A DNA stretch of 56,346 nt. Source: Rhizaria sp. SCN 62-66. Lineage: Eukaryota. Within the stretch, counting starts at the first letter, position 1; each line of letters opens with the position of its first letter. Location of the stretch: positions 1-56,346 of the forward strand of contig MEDY01000177.1 in NCBI GenBank assembly GCA_001724265.1. The letters are read 5' to 3'. Shown here piece after piece: positions 23,040-35,579 of this stretch. Both the position numbers and the translations under genes were made by a program. Below the pieces are notes generated by a model. It made no database searches. It saw nothing but the letters and a program-made list of their open reading frames with translations, and was not told the origin of the DNA.

Positions 23040-26000
23040 TTACATGATGGTGCACTTGCCCTTAGCCTCGACGTTGGGCTCCACGTCATCAGGGTCCCGG
23101 GCGTCTGTGCGGCCCGGCGCCAGCGGAGCGAAGCGCTCCTCGTCAAGCGCGGCTGCCAGCGCGGCGTGGCGCGGGCACATCCAGAGTGAGCGCGTCTTCT
23201 CGCGGTCGCGCACGCGCGTGAGCCCCGCCGTGTGCTTCGCGGGCCGCCACCGGCCCAGGCGCGGATTCGTCTCGGCCACGAGCTCGTAGAGCGCCTCGCG
23301 CGAGCGCAGGAAGAACGGGCTCAGCGCCTCAGCGTTCTGACCGCCGCCGCTCTTGCTGTTGCCGCTGCCGCTGGCGGGGGAGCGCGCGCCGCTGACGTTG
23401 CTGCTGCCGCTGCCGGTGCGGTTGTTGCCCGAGGCGCCCGACTTGCCGTTGCTGTCGTTGCTGTTGCTGCTGTTGGGCGCGGCGAGCGGCGACCACGGCA
23501 CCACGGGCTCGTACGTGGCAAAGAACCGCGCAACCTGTTTGTGGTCAGACGTGTCGACCGCGGCCCCGCCGGCGCCGAGCAGCCCCAGCACACGGAGGCA
23601 CTCGACGGCCTGTCCTTCCCAGTCAACCTCCTCGGCGAGCACGTAGCGCAGCGCTGCACACGTGGCGTCGATGAGGTGGCTCTCGACCACGGGCTCGTTG
23701 GCGCGGAAGCGGTGGAACTCGTCCCCGATCACGCCCGCGTTGCCGGAGCACAGCACGTCGAGCTCGCGCTGGGTCTTGTCCAGCGGGAGCGCGGAGACAG
23801 GGCGCGCGGGGGGCGGGTACGGCGCGCGCAGGCGGCCGCCGGGGGGGCTGGTCGCCGCGCCGTAGCCGTAGCCAGAGCCGGAGCCTGGGGAGCAGACCGC
23901 GCAACCTGCACCACTGGGCGGCGACTGCGCCTGAGTCGGCGGCTGCGACTGCTGACCCATGGCCTGGGCCTGCGCGAGCGTGGGGAGCGCGCACGGGCTG
24001 CTGTGGCCGCTCGCGGGCGGGACCGGGCTGGAACAGGAACACGCTGCGCCGCCGAGCGACAGTGAGGGCGGTGCCGCGTCCGAGCCCGAGACCGGGACCG
24101 AGACGGAGCCCGCCGTCGCGGGGGTCGAGGGCGCGAACGACGGCGTCGATGCGGGCGTCACGGCTCTCGACAGCGACAACGCGCCGCCGCTGCCGCTTGT
24201 GCTGGTGAGCACGGAGGCCGGGCGGCCCATGCAGATCGGGGACGTGCACGACGCAGCGGTGCCCGCGTTGGCGGCGGCCGCGGCGGCGATAGCGAGTGCG
24301 CCTGCGGACGCGCCGTTGGGGGCGCGGATACCTTCGTGTTCCAGCAGCGCCGCGGGCAGCGGCAACGGGTGACCGTGAGCGTGGGCGTGACCGTGACCAG
24401 CGTGACCGTGAGCAGCGTGACCGTTGGCGGGATGCAGAGAGCGCGCGGGCGGCGGGCTCTGCGGCGAGGACGTGGCGAAGGACTCAGGGGAGCTGGGGGG
24501 CTCGGACTCGGCGGCCTGCAACTGCGAACGCGAGCGCGGGGGCGGGTTCGCCTTACCACCGGTGGCGTCGGCGTGAGGCTGTGTGAGTGAGCCAGATTGG
24601 GATTGGGGCGACCGTGAGAGCGAGACGGGGCTGGCGACGGCGACAGCGGAGGCAGTGACGCTGTCAGACTTGTTCGCAGATGCGTCGGCAGTCTCAGACT
24701 CGCTAACATCAGTCTTAGTCTCACCTCCAGTGCTCGAGCCACCGGTAGACTCTTCGGACTCGGTCTTCTTCGCGGTCGCAGAGGGAGAGGCAGAGTCAGA
24801 ATCAGACGGCTGCACCGGCGCGGCTGCTGTCGCGGTCGCAGGTGCAGAGTCCGTCTCCTTCGAATCAGAGGTTTCAGCGTGCTTCTCTGCATTCTTCTTC
24901 TCAGTGGTCTTCTTAACCTCAGCGTCAGTCTTGGCGTCCGCCGTCTCGGGCGCCTTGAGAGCGACACCGCCAACAATCTCAGCCGCACTCGCAGCAACAG
25001 CAGCAGCGCTCGCGTTGGCGCGCGGACTGGGGCTCGGGCTGGCCGATGACGACGCAGCGGCGTTAGTGGGCGACGCCGCTAGCTTTGCTTTGGCCTCGGC
25101 AGCCTTGCGCGCCTTCTCCATGCCCGCGCCGGCCCTGGCGGCGTCGGCGGCGTCCTCCTCCGCCGTCGTCTCCTCGGCCGCCATGCCGGGACCCACCATC
25201 GAGCAGGCGCGCGTGCGGCCGGCGCCGCCGTCGCTGCCACTGGTGCCGGACGGGGTGGGCGAGAGGACGAGTCCGCTGAGCACGTGGCGGCCGGTCATGG
25301 GCGGCACCAACGGCGCCGGACCCGCACCCGCACTTGCACTCGCAGTGGCCGTGGCGCCGTTGCCACCACCAGCGGCGCTGTTGTTGCCGTTGAGATTGAG
25401 AGCGCTGGATGCGGTGGACGTGGTGGTCGTCGTGTCGATCGTGGGGGAAAGCGCGAGCAGCCGCGCCGCGTCAGCGTCGGCGTCGGCGTCGACGGCCACG
25501 ACAGCCAGCTCGTCGATCGGCGCCAGAGTAAGCCCGCGCGCACTGCCAGCGCTGACCGCAGCGGCGGCGGCGACGGCGGCCTCGGCGGCGGCGGCAGCCT
25601 CGGCGGCCTCGGCGGCCTCAACCTCCTCGAGCGTGGGAGGGATATATGACAGCAGCCGCGAGCCGTTAAACGCGACGAGCTGTCCAATCGTCCACAGCAC
25701 GTACGCCAAGTAAGGGCCCACACGAAGCAGCTCCCAGTCGTTGAGCCGCAGCGTAAAGCCGCCGTGACCACAGTCGCAGGGCTGCAGTGAGATGACCCGC
25801 GTGGTCGCCAGCAGCGGCAGCGCCCAGAGCCCGTCGCACAGCAGCCGCAGGCGGAACACGTGCTTGCGCGGGGCCGATTGCGCGCGCGACAGAGCCAGCT
25901 CCAGCGATGCGCGGCGCGCGGCGGCCGTCGCGGCGGCCGCGGCGGCGGCTGACACGGCCAGCGGCGGCCGCGGGAGACGCGCAGAGGTGTACCTGCCGCC

Positions 26001-28544
26001 GCCCAACGGCTGCTGCTGTTGGTTGTTGTTTCCCTGCTGGGCGGCGGCGGCGGCGGCAATCGCCGCGGCGGCGGACGCGGCCGAGACAGGTGCGCCGCTT
26101 GCCACCACCGCAGGACTGGCCTTGTTGCCCTGCTGCTGCTGGGGGTTGACGGGCGCGAAGACGCTCTTGAGCGACGCACTGCGCGCGTACGGCGACGGCG
26201 GTGACCGCACGCCGCTGGCGCCGCTGGCACCACCAGCGTCCGCTGCGGTCGCGGCGGCCGCGGCGGCGGTGCCAGCGGGCGCGAGGGTCTTGACGGGCCC
26301 CCCCGCCTTGTTACTACTGCTATTGGTGTTGAGGCCCGTGGGGCGCGGCGCCGGCGCGGTGACGATGGTGGAGGACCCGCGGCGCAGCAGCGGTGGTGGC
26401 TGGTACATTGTTGCGCCCTCGCCGTCGACCCCGCCGCCGGCGCCGTTGCGGGCACTGGCCTCGGCGTCGGCGTCAGCAGAGGACGGCGAAGCGATGTCGT
26501 CGCCGTAGAACCCGTCGTCGCCGTCGCCGTCGCCGTCGGGGCCAGAGGCCGCGACGGAGGACCGGCCGGACAGACCGACACTCTTGCTCCCAGCACCAGC
26601 CCCAGCGCCAGCGCCATTGCCATTGCCAGCTCCGGTGTTGAGCGAGACAGGTGCTCCAGGGTTCGCGGTGGTGGCGCGGGCCAACACCGGGGACGTGGCG
26701 CCACTCGCGGCGGCGCCGCCCTTGCTAGCGGCCATAGTACCAGACGCAGTCACATTGCTACCGCCGTTCGCAGCAGAGGCCTTGTCCCCAGGCTTGCCGC
26801 TGCCAGCGGCGGCCGGTCGCGCCGCCGCGGCGGGCCCGGGCGCGGGCGCTGGCAGACCGCCGATGTTGGCGTAGGCGCACTGTAGCGTCAGCGGCAGCTC
26901 GAGCCACCACTTGTGGCGCACAAGACTCGGCACCGGCGCCCCGAACGTCTGGTCCGGCAGCGGCAGCGGCGCGTGCGCGGCGTCAGGCGGCAGCGCGGTG
27001 GAGAACGTCGGCGCCGGCGCGCGCTCCGCCGCGGGCGGGTCGGGTGCGATGAGCTTGGAGCGGAACATGACGGGCAGCAGCGGCAGCGGGCACGGCAGCG
27101 CTCCCGGGTCGGCGGTGACGGCGGAACACAAGGGCTCGAGCTCCGTCTCGCGCGCGGCCTCCATCGCCTGGACCTCGGGCCGCGCAGCGAGGTTGCGCGC
27201 CGACGACAGCCGCTCGTAACCGCGCAGCATGCGGCGCACCGAGTCGACGGCGTGCGCGGCCGACGGGAAACCGTGCGTGACGGCGGCGACTGCGCGCTGC
27301 ACAGCGAGTCGCTCGCGCTGCGACAGCCGCATGCGCTGCAGCGCCTCGTGGAAAATTGGCGAGACCAGCATCGCGCCGGTGAACGCGCCCGCGGCGGCGA
27401 CCTGCGACTTGACGTGCGTGGCAGACAGCACCAGGGGCAGCGACGCCTCGAGGAAGAGTAAGACTTCGCGCGGGGACCAGTCCGAGGCGGGCTTACTCGC
27501 GAGGAGCTGTTTCGCCTCCAGATACGCGCGGCAGCGGCGAGAACCGGCGGCGCGGGCAACATCGGCGGCCCTTTTGCCGTCGGGCCCCGTGTACGTGATC
27601 TCGGCGCCATCGTCGTAGAGCCGCCGCACAGCCGCGAGGTCGCCGCGCCGGGCCGCGGCGAGAAGGTTCTCGTTGAGGATGAGCTGCCGCGACGGCGCCG
27701 ACACGCCGATGATCGGCGCGGGGCCCGAGCTGACCGTGGGCGCCGCGCCGCCGCCGGTGCCAGTGCCTGTGGGGGCGAGGGCGGGGGAGCGGCGGACCGC
27801 GGCGGCGGCGGCGCCGGGGGAGGTGGTGACGATGCCGCACGCCGGTGCAGCGCCGACGGGGGCCGGCACGCGCGGGGCCGCCGCGCTGCCCACAGAAGTC
27901 ATCGGGCCCGCCGCGCTCTCTCCGCCATTAGCGCCGGCGGGGACGAGTGACGGCCCGTGCTGAGTGGGGGCGGCGGCGCGGCGGAGGGCGCGCTCTTCGT
28001 GCAGCGCGGTAGGGTCGTGGCCGCGGCGGTCAAGCTCGCGCTGCAGCAGCGCAACGACGGCGTCGTGTGAGCGGCGCAGCGCAACGATGAGCGGCGTCTG
28101 CGCGGAGCTGGTGGCGGAGTTGACGCCTGCGCGCGCGGCGACGAGGTCCTCGACAATGGGGGCGTGGCCAGCATAAGAAGCGAGGAACAGAGGCGTCCAG
28201 CCGTGGTCGTCTGCGGCGTCGGGGGATGCCTTCTTGGCGAGCAGCAGGCGCACAACGGCGCGATGGCCGTGCAGCGCGGCGAGCGTAAGCGCGGTCCAGC
28301 CGTGGCGCGTGGCCGAGTCAACGGCGGCGCGGCGCGAGAGCAGCTATTTGACGAGCTCGGTGTGGCCGCCCTGCGACGCGACCATCAACGGACGCCACTC
28401 CGTCTCCATCACCAGGTCCGGGTTGGCGCCGTTGTGAAGAGACTCACGGAGCAGCTTTAGGTTGCCTGTCTGCACCGCCGAGACCAGGTCTGCGCTCGCG
28501 CGGGCGCCCAGGACGGAGCGCGACGGACGCCCGGGCTGGGACAT
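23040..28544 (-). CDS. Ankyrin-repeat + SAM-like protein with C-terminal CaaX (about 1834 aa; in-frame TAG at 28344-28346)
   Basis: ORFs 28344..28544 and 23040..28253 are in frame across one TAG inside an ankyrin repeat (WRPLMVASQGGHTELVK*LLSRRAAVDSATRHGWTALTLAALHGHRAVVRLLL..GWTPLFLASYAGH). SAM-like segment DWSPREVLLFLE..FTGAMLV..LQRMRLSQRERLAVQRAV. It ends KGKCTIM-TAA. Confidence 0.85.
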
Positions 28545-29615
28545 GCTGCGAGGTGGAGGGCGAGGCGGGCCGCGGCCACAAAAGGGGTTGGAGACGCAAG
28601 AGTGCGGCGGATCAATATAATAGAGTAGGTTGTATCTGCTCGTTGATCTCTGTCTTTAGGGTATGTCTATGAAAAAAGATACAGAGGAAGATTTGTGCCG
28701 GATGGATGACGTTGGAGTGAGCACGAGGCAGCGACCGTCAAGCAAGCATAACTCTGCAGAGTTTCCGACAATCAATAACAGTATATCATTAACTTGTAGT
28801 TTCGAGTGCATTGTAGTCTGTTGCATTTCTTCTTCGTGAAGCCTGCGACTGTATAGGACATGAAATTGAGGTGGCGAATCTTCTCGAGAACGAGTAGCCA
28901 CGCCACAGGAGACCGTGAACCAGCAAGGTTTCAAGGTGACGACATTCGACTATGTTCCTGCAACACGTCTCAGCTTTTGTTTTCAGTTTTAAAAATGCAT
29001 GTTCTATGTAGTTTGTTTGTGATTCTTTTATATCGCATTTCTTATTATTCTGAAACTCGACATTCAAACTCGATATCGTGTCTCTTTTGCGAAAATCTTA
29101 GGTAAATGACACTTGAAAGCTCACTTTATGCGGGTAGATACAGTGGCTAAGGGGTGTTTGGGATAAAATAAATAAACGGAAGTAAAATATGGTATAGTTA
29201 CTTACAGAAATTACGAGCACTCTTAAGAAATGCTCCATGTCATCAAGAATTCAAGTCCTGAACTAATACATAACCACGAAATCCGACAAAAAACGGTCCT
29301 AGTGAGGCTAATACAAGTATAAGTCGAGAAGTAATCATGAATCGCAGAAAACAACATGTTTTCAGTATATATTAACAAAATTCTCCAGTGTACCTTCTCT
29401 TCTCACATGCTTCCGTAAGCGCTTTGACAACAACAAATTCACTGTGCAACACTGAGCTGACTTGAACAAACCTCAACACAACCCGTTCAACGCATGCAGC
29501 ATACTGTAGAACAATGCCCCTTGCAAATCCCATCTGTCTAATGCTGCTTTGACATGCTTTCTTTAGGTTATCCTTATTTTAGCTTTAGGAGACTGTATAC
29601 CGTGGCGAACCTTGC

Positions 29616-32600
29616 ATGGATAAGGCTGGCGAAGACGCTGCGAATCGCCGCGTTTCGTTGTTCAGCCATTCATCCCCTGCGGGAGAGAACGCGGTGCTTG
29701 CTCACATTACAGACTCACTTATTCCACGTCTCAGCAGTGTTGAGTATGCGCAACTGATTGCCTATGCCGGACTGCGCAAAAACATTGCACGCTACGCTTC
29801 CGCTTGTGGCAAGTCCCCATCCTCTTCCTCCACACCGTGCACCGATGCCGATGCTGCTTCACCCTCTTCGGCTGAGTCGTCGTCAAGCTCATTCTCGCCA
29901 GGAAAAACGAATTTAACATCTGACGCGCAGGCAGACCGTGCGCACCATGCCGCAAACCCGCTCGCCTCACCCTTGCTTCTCGAGGCAGGCCAGTCAGCAC
30001 GCGCCAACAGCAATCATGGAAGCATCGACGGCGTCGGCACCGACATCAACAACGTCAACGAATGTGTCTCCAGCGCTTTAACTGCGCATCCGCACTCTTC
30101 ATTTCCAATCTCGGATGAAGTTATCATTGACGACTCTGGAGTAGTGCACCCGCTTTTCACACTGCCGCAACGCGTTTGGCTTTGCATACACAGCATCATC
30201 GCGATTGCTGCGGCCACCGGCGCGCTGCTTGTGCTACTTGACCCGCCGGCTACGTTACCAGCGTTGCATTTGTCACCGCTGTTAGCATACTTGCTTTCTA
30301 CGCTCCTGTTGTCGCTGGTAACAGCACTAGGCTCTGCATACGCGTCCTGTGGTTTTGCTTTCGCACTTCGTATTGACTCCATCCCACTCCTCCGTGGCGC
30401 GCGTGTAGCCCGCATTGTTGCACTCAACGCACACCTTGTTGCCGCGGTTAACGCGCCCGTATTGCTGTGCATTGCGCAGGCTGCACGGTCGCCAAAGCTG
30501 TCTCAGCAGACACTGGTGCTGGTGCGCGCTTGGACCGCGTTCGCAATTGCGTATCACGCCGGTCTATTGCTCGCCGAAGTGTGCGCGCCGCGCGTTGCCG
30601 CCGCCGCTTCTGTGGTAGGCTCGGCGTTTTTAGACCGCGAGTCGGCAGCGCACCGCGCTGCGCGTATTGACGGCGCAGCAGTGTCCGTGAGAGCGCGCCG
30701 CGGCAGCGGTGGGAGCGACTTCGGCTATTACACAGAGGCGGAGGTTGCCGAACTTGTGGCTGCTGCAGACGCGGCCACAGCGGCTACAAATGCAGCCGCC
30801 GCGCGCTCGTTTGCCGCAGCTGCGGCAGCTGCCGCGCAACGCAGCGATCAACGGCGGTTGCAACAACAGAGTCAACAGCCGCAGCAGAGGCCGTCTCTGA
30901 TGCAGCAGCTGCTCGCGGCGCGGGCAATCCGGCGCGAGCGCTTATGTCCTTTAACACTCGCTGAGGTTGCTGCAAACACTGAGCTTCTCACGGTCACCGG
31001 TGACAATGAAGAGCTTGTCGCCATTGTGCAGGAGCGGTGTGCAATATGTCTTGGAGGCCTGCACCGAGACCCTGCGCCTGCTGAGACTGAACACAGCGCG
31101 GGACGTGGTAATGCCATCGGCAATTTTTTTCAAGGTTTGGCAAACCGAATTAGTCGCAGCAGTCGTGACAGTGTGACAACTAGTACATCGCGCACAAATG
31201 CGTCAATAAGTGCGCACAGTGATCCCGGTGCACGAGAGGCTGCATCATTAACAGCATCTGTGCTGGGAGCAGTGGGATTGCGACGGTTACCTTGCGGCCA
31301 TTGCTTTCATCGCGGATGTGGCGACAGATGGCTGCGGCAAAGCCCGCGCTGCCCGCTGTGTCGACGCAATGTCCTTGTCGCTGCCGAGGAACGCCGCCGC
31401 GCAGTTCTGAATGGCAACGTAATGCAGCGCAGCCCTGAAGCAAGTGTAAGTTTGCGTGACGTCAATAGTGTCTATAATGGCAGTGGCGCACCAGGAAGTT
31501 GTATTAGTGAGAATGAAAGTGTACAGTCAAGCTTTAATACGCTTGACGTGCAGTCGCGAAAATCATGTTGCACACAAAGTGGTGCGTCTATCAAAACTAA
31601 TATTAGCGGTAGTGCTAGAACTAGCGTGGTGAGCAGCAATAGCAGCAGTCTGAGTGGTATCATAATCAACACTGCAAGCGAACCTCATGACAATTACAAT
31701 GCATCTTGTTCTAGCTCGACGTCGCAAACTTTAAGCTCGCTGTCAGACAGCTCATTAACAGGTTTAACGTGCAGTCATAAATCTAGCTCACTTTCTAGAG
31801 ACTCACACTCAAACACAACAGCGAGTGGTGTCAATTCGTTGTCCCGGCGACCGCGTGTGTCGACTCCACGCCGTCCGACTCCGCCGGGCAGCAGCTCGCT
31901 AATGGTAGCAACAGCTGCGTCAACGGCAGCTGCAGCTAACGCCGGCAAGTTTGCATTGCTGCGTATTGCGCTTCCACCTCCGAAGCCGCAAGGCCAGCAG
32001 CAGCAACATGGCAGGTCGACCAAGGTTAAGCAGCGCACAGCAGCGTATAAAAGCAGTGTTGATACTGGTGTCAATGGTTCCAGCAGCAGTCCTTGCAGCG
32101 CTACTGCAGATGACTCTATCGATCAAAGCACTTCTCCGCGTAGCAACGCTGCATCTCGTTCGCCACGCGCCCAATCACTTCTGCAGTCGCCCTCACAGTC
32201 GCGGTCAGACTCGCTCTCACGCTCTCAATCACAGTCTCGATCGCAGTCACTCTCACAGACGCTGAGTTTTTCAGCGCCTACGACGCCGCCCGTTTGCAGT
32301 GCGGTTGTGGTCAGGGCTGTCGACGGGCCAGGCGGACTGCTCGGGGCAGGTGGACTGAAACGCTGCCACCGCGGCGGCGCAGCGGCACCAGCCGAACTGT
32401 TAGGGCTTCTCCGGCTTGTGGCTGCTGCCGCCGCGACAGAGATCGCCCATCGTGGCAGCTTTGTTGTCAGCGCTAACGGACAGCGTGGTACAGCGGTTGC
32501 AACAGGAGTGAACAGTCGCTAGCCTGCGCTGGCGGTTACAGCGCTTGCTGGATATGAGAACTGCGCTCTTAGCACAAGTCCTAAGGCTGTCGGAAAATCG

Positions 32601-32996
32601 GCCGCGTGTACCAGTAACAACACGAGCACACCTGTGGTTTGTAGGGAGTTCAAGTCCTCCACTAGCAGTCGTCATGGCAGCGCCAGCGGCTGCAGCAATA
32701 TCAGTGGCTATGATACAGCTTTAAGTGTCAACAACGATGATGAGGTTGGGGTGGGAGACGACTCGATTCAACTCGAGTTGGTCTTTGCGCAATCGGGTGT
32801 GATGCAACAGCTGCAGCAACAACAACGTGAACAGCCACAGCACAGCGCAAATAAAGGGCGTTTTAGCGGGAAGGACTTTGATGAAATGCGGAAACGCGTA
32901 ATGCGGCGCTCAGTGTGCGCCATGCTCTACAGGCCGTCGCCCAGTGCAGTGAAAACAAAGGAGCACGATCATGACGAGGCAGGCAAGAACAATTAA
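29616..32996 (+). CDS. Transmembrane RING-H2 E3 ubiquitin ligase-like protein (in-frame TAG at 32520-32522)
   Basis: CAIC-x81-CGHCFHRGC..WL....RCPLCR is a RING-H2 pattern, preceded by several N-terminal hydrophobic helices. ORF 32634..32996 continues the same frame after the TAG to a TAA at the edge of AT-rich DNA. Confidence 0.8.
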
Positions 32997-33209
32997 AAGG
33001 GAGGAAAGAAGTGTGGGTACAGAGATGTAACACGCTTGTACATGAACCAACAAGCGAACTTATCCTGTTGCTATTAGCGCAAAAACACAAATCGGTAGAA
33101 AATGCACGACAAAACCAAATAAAAATGTCATCAATTTTGAACAAGCTGTTGTATTTTAACACGTTACATGTACTATCTCTGTTCAAGTGCAACTGGCGTG
33201 TTCCAGCAA

Positions 33210-33740
33210 TTAGCGTAACCTGCGGATATTGGGTACACGCAGCAGCGGCAGCCCCGTGCGCGCGCGCCACTCCTGCTCTTCGCGCATTGCCTCCCTGATG
33301 CGCCGCCCGCGCCAGTCGGGAATGTCACGGCCCGTGGCGGCCTCGAACTCGCGCGGCGTTACAGACCGCGCGGAGGAGTAAAACCCCAGTCCGTAGCCGC
33401 GCACGTAGGTCCCGCCGCGGACGGCGTCGCTGCTGGGAAACGCGCCGCTGGCCAACAGCGCGGCGTCGTTGCTGCCATAAGCCGCGTCGTCGGGGCTCAT
33501 GGGCACTGACAGCGGCGCGCTCGCGGCGGGGTCGAACGGACCGTTGCTGCCGCGGGGGCGAAACGACGTGGGGTCCGGGCCGGAGTTAGGGATGGCGCCA
33601 AAGAGCGGATCTATGCGGTGCCAGGGCGCGTAGTACCAGCCCAGCGACGGCAGCGGGGGACGCGCTGCAGACGCAACGGAGACTGTTAACAGAACGAAGA
33701 GCAATGACAATAGCACTGCGAGCTTTGGCAGAAACAACAT
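33210..33740 (-). CDS. Hypothetical secreted protein
   Basis: Signal-peptide-like MLFLPKLAVLLSLLFVLLTVSVASA; GC3-rich body; TAA stop. Confidence 0.65.
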   Translation of the reverse strand: MLFLPKLAVLLSLLFVLLTVSVASAARPPLPSLGWYYAPWHRIDPLFGAIPNSGPDPTSFRPRGSNGPFDPAASAPLSVPMSPDDAAYGSNDAALLASGAFPSSDAVRGGTYVRGYGLGFYSSARSVTPREFEAATGRDIPDWRGRRIREAMREEQEWRARTGLPLLRVPNIRRLR

Positions 33741-34211
33741 TGGAACCAATGTTCAAGTATATATGGCAAAAACTTGTCGGCCAACTTAAAGCGTGTCTCT
33801 GCAAGACAATGTCATCGCAAAATGAAATGTGATGAACTTGAAGATAGGGATCGCCCTTCATTTCGCACTCTCGTGTCATATAGCTCATTCTCGCTAATAG
33901 TATATGTTAGCAACTTATTAGAGTATAGAAAGAGCAACAATACAACCATTTTAAATCTTGTATTTCAAATAACACTTGAATACGCCTGTAAAACAAAACA
34001 AAAACACCAGCTTCTTCAAGTTGACTCAAACAAGCTTGAGCTCAAGAAAGTAAAGGCTGAAACACATTGAGATTTTTTCGCATCATACGGAGACAAATAT
34101 GATTATCGGTATAGATCACAAAATAAGAAAAGAATCGCCTTTTGGCAAGCATCACTCCTGCCCCAACAAAGCGAAAATCGGCTGTCCGTATTAAAAAAAA
34201 AAACGATACAT

Positions 34212-35309
34212 TTAGACCTTGGCAGCGCTGGGCTTCCACGAGTCCTTCCACGTCCTGAGCCGGGCGAACTCCTCGTCGCTCTTGGCGCGCATAAACACGT
34301 TCGTGGCGCGTTCCTGTCCCATCGTCGACGGTTGCGTCAGCTTCGCGCCATCATGCCCGCCCGCGGCGACCCACGATAACTTCGCTTCGATCGCTGCGAG
34401 AGCGTCCTTGGCCTCGGGGACGCCCTCACCGCTGGCCGTGGCGCCGGCGAGTGCGTCGGCGGCGGCGTCGCGGCAGAAGAGCAGGTTGCTGCGAGTGTAC
34501 TCGTGCCCCGTGTACACACGCGTTCCATCAGGCAGCGCGCCGAGCAGGGAGGGGGACGTGAGGTTAGCGCGCATTTGGGCCGCGGAACCCTCGAAAAGTC
34601 GCCCGCAGCCGCCGACGAAGAGCGTGTCGCCAGAGAAAACCGCGCCCGCAGCGTCCTCGGCGCTCACACCGCTTGCAGCAGAGTCGGCTTCACTGCTGTT
34701 GTGCGCAACGGCGGCGGCGGGGCGAACCCAGTAGCAGATGTGGCCCTTGGTGTGGCACGGGGTGTGGATGCAGGAGACTGTGAGCGCGCCGACGGTCACC
34801 GTGTCGCCGTGCGAGACACTCATAGTCGCGCCAGGGACCGCGTCCAGCACACCACCGACGACGCGGACAGCGCTCGCGTCATCATTCGCACTCCCGCTCG
34901 CACTCTCGGCACCCGCAGTTGCAGTCGCAGTGTTGGCGGCACTGCTGGCGGAGCCGATGCTGCGGGCGTTGTTGAGGAGCTTAACCATCTCGAGGTTGCC
35001 GCCCGAGTGGTCCCAGTGCTTGTGTGTGGTGAGCACGGTGCTGATGCGCGCGAGCGGGACGTTTGCGGCCGCGGCCGCGGCGGCGACGGCGGCCGGGTCG
35101 ACGGGGTCCACCACTGCGGCCTCGCCAGTCGCGATGTCGAGCAACAGATAGGCGTAGTTGTCCTCGAGGCACGGGATGGCGGTGACGGTAAAGGCTGGGG
35201 CGGACATGGTGGAGTATGGAAGCGCGGGGAAGCGGAGCAGCGGGCGCTGGGGGGACACAGAGGAAAGACGAGGACCGAGGAGACGAGCGACGACGCGGGA
35301 CAAAAGCAT
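34212..35309 (-). CDS. HAGH: Hydroxyacylglutathione hydrolase (glyoxalase II)
   Basis: IPCLEDNYAYLL, THKHWDHSGGN, HTPCHTKGHICY, FSGDTLFVGGCGRLFEG, YTGHEYT..NL.F, PST..E..TN.FMR and LR.WKD. ATG 35309 (presequence) and ATG 35207. TAA stop. Confidence 0.95.
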   Translation of the reverse strand: MLLSRVVARLLGPRLSSVSPQRPLLRFPALPYSTMSAPAFTVTAIPCLEDNYAYLLLDIATGEAAVVDPVDPAAVAAAAAAANVPLARISTVLTTHKHWDHSGGNLEMVKLLNNARSIGSASSAANTATATAGAESASGSANDDASAVRVVGGVLDAVPGATMSVSHGDTVTVGALTVSCIHTPCHTKGHICYWVRPAAAVAHNSSEADSAASGVSAEDAAGAVFSGDTLFVGGCGRLFEGSAAQMRANLTSPSLLGALPDGTRVYTGHEYTRSNLLFCRDAAADALAGATASGEGVPEAKDALAAIEAKLSWVAAGGHDGAKLTQPSTMGQERATNVFMRAKSDEEFARLRTWKDSWKPSAAKV

Positions 35310-35579
35310 CCAACGGAGGCGCTTGAAAGGGGAGAACGCTAAAAAAAGCAATCCATTTGGAAACAAGGCGTTAGTAACTATATGAATCTGGGAGCATTTT
35401 GCGATAAATCATTATTTGTATAGATCTATAGAGAAAACTAGGTAGCTCGGCCGGAGGCGATCGAGAATAGTCCAGACCGAAAGCTCCGAATGAAGATATG
35501 ATGGTGATATAGCAAACGTAGCAAGATATTATAAAGGTGAAATTGAGAACATAAGGCCGTAAACCTCAGACACAGCTTC

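Noticed and set aside
28344-28352. Micro-intron GTCAAATAG (and similar GT..TAG at 13219, 14629 and 32520) removing the stop
   Set aside because: At 6-9 nt these are far shorter than any spliceosomal intron. Removal would break ankyrin spacing, and the poly-Q TAGs have no adjacent GT.
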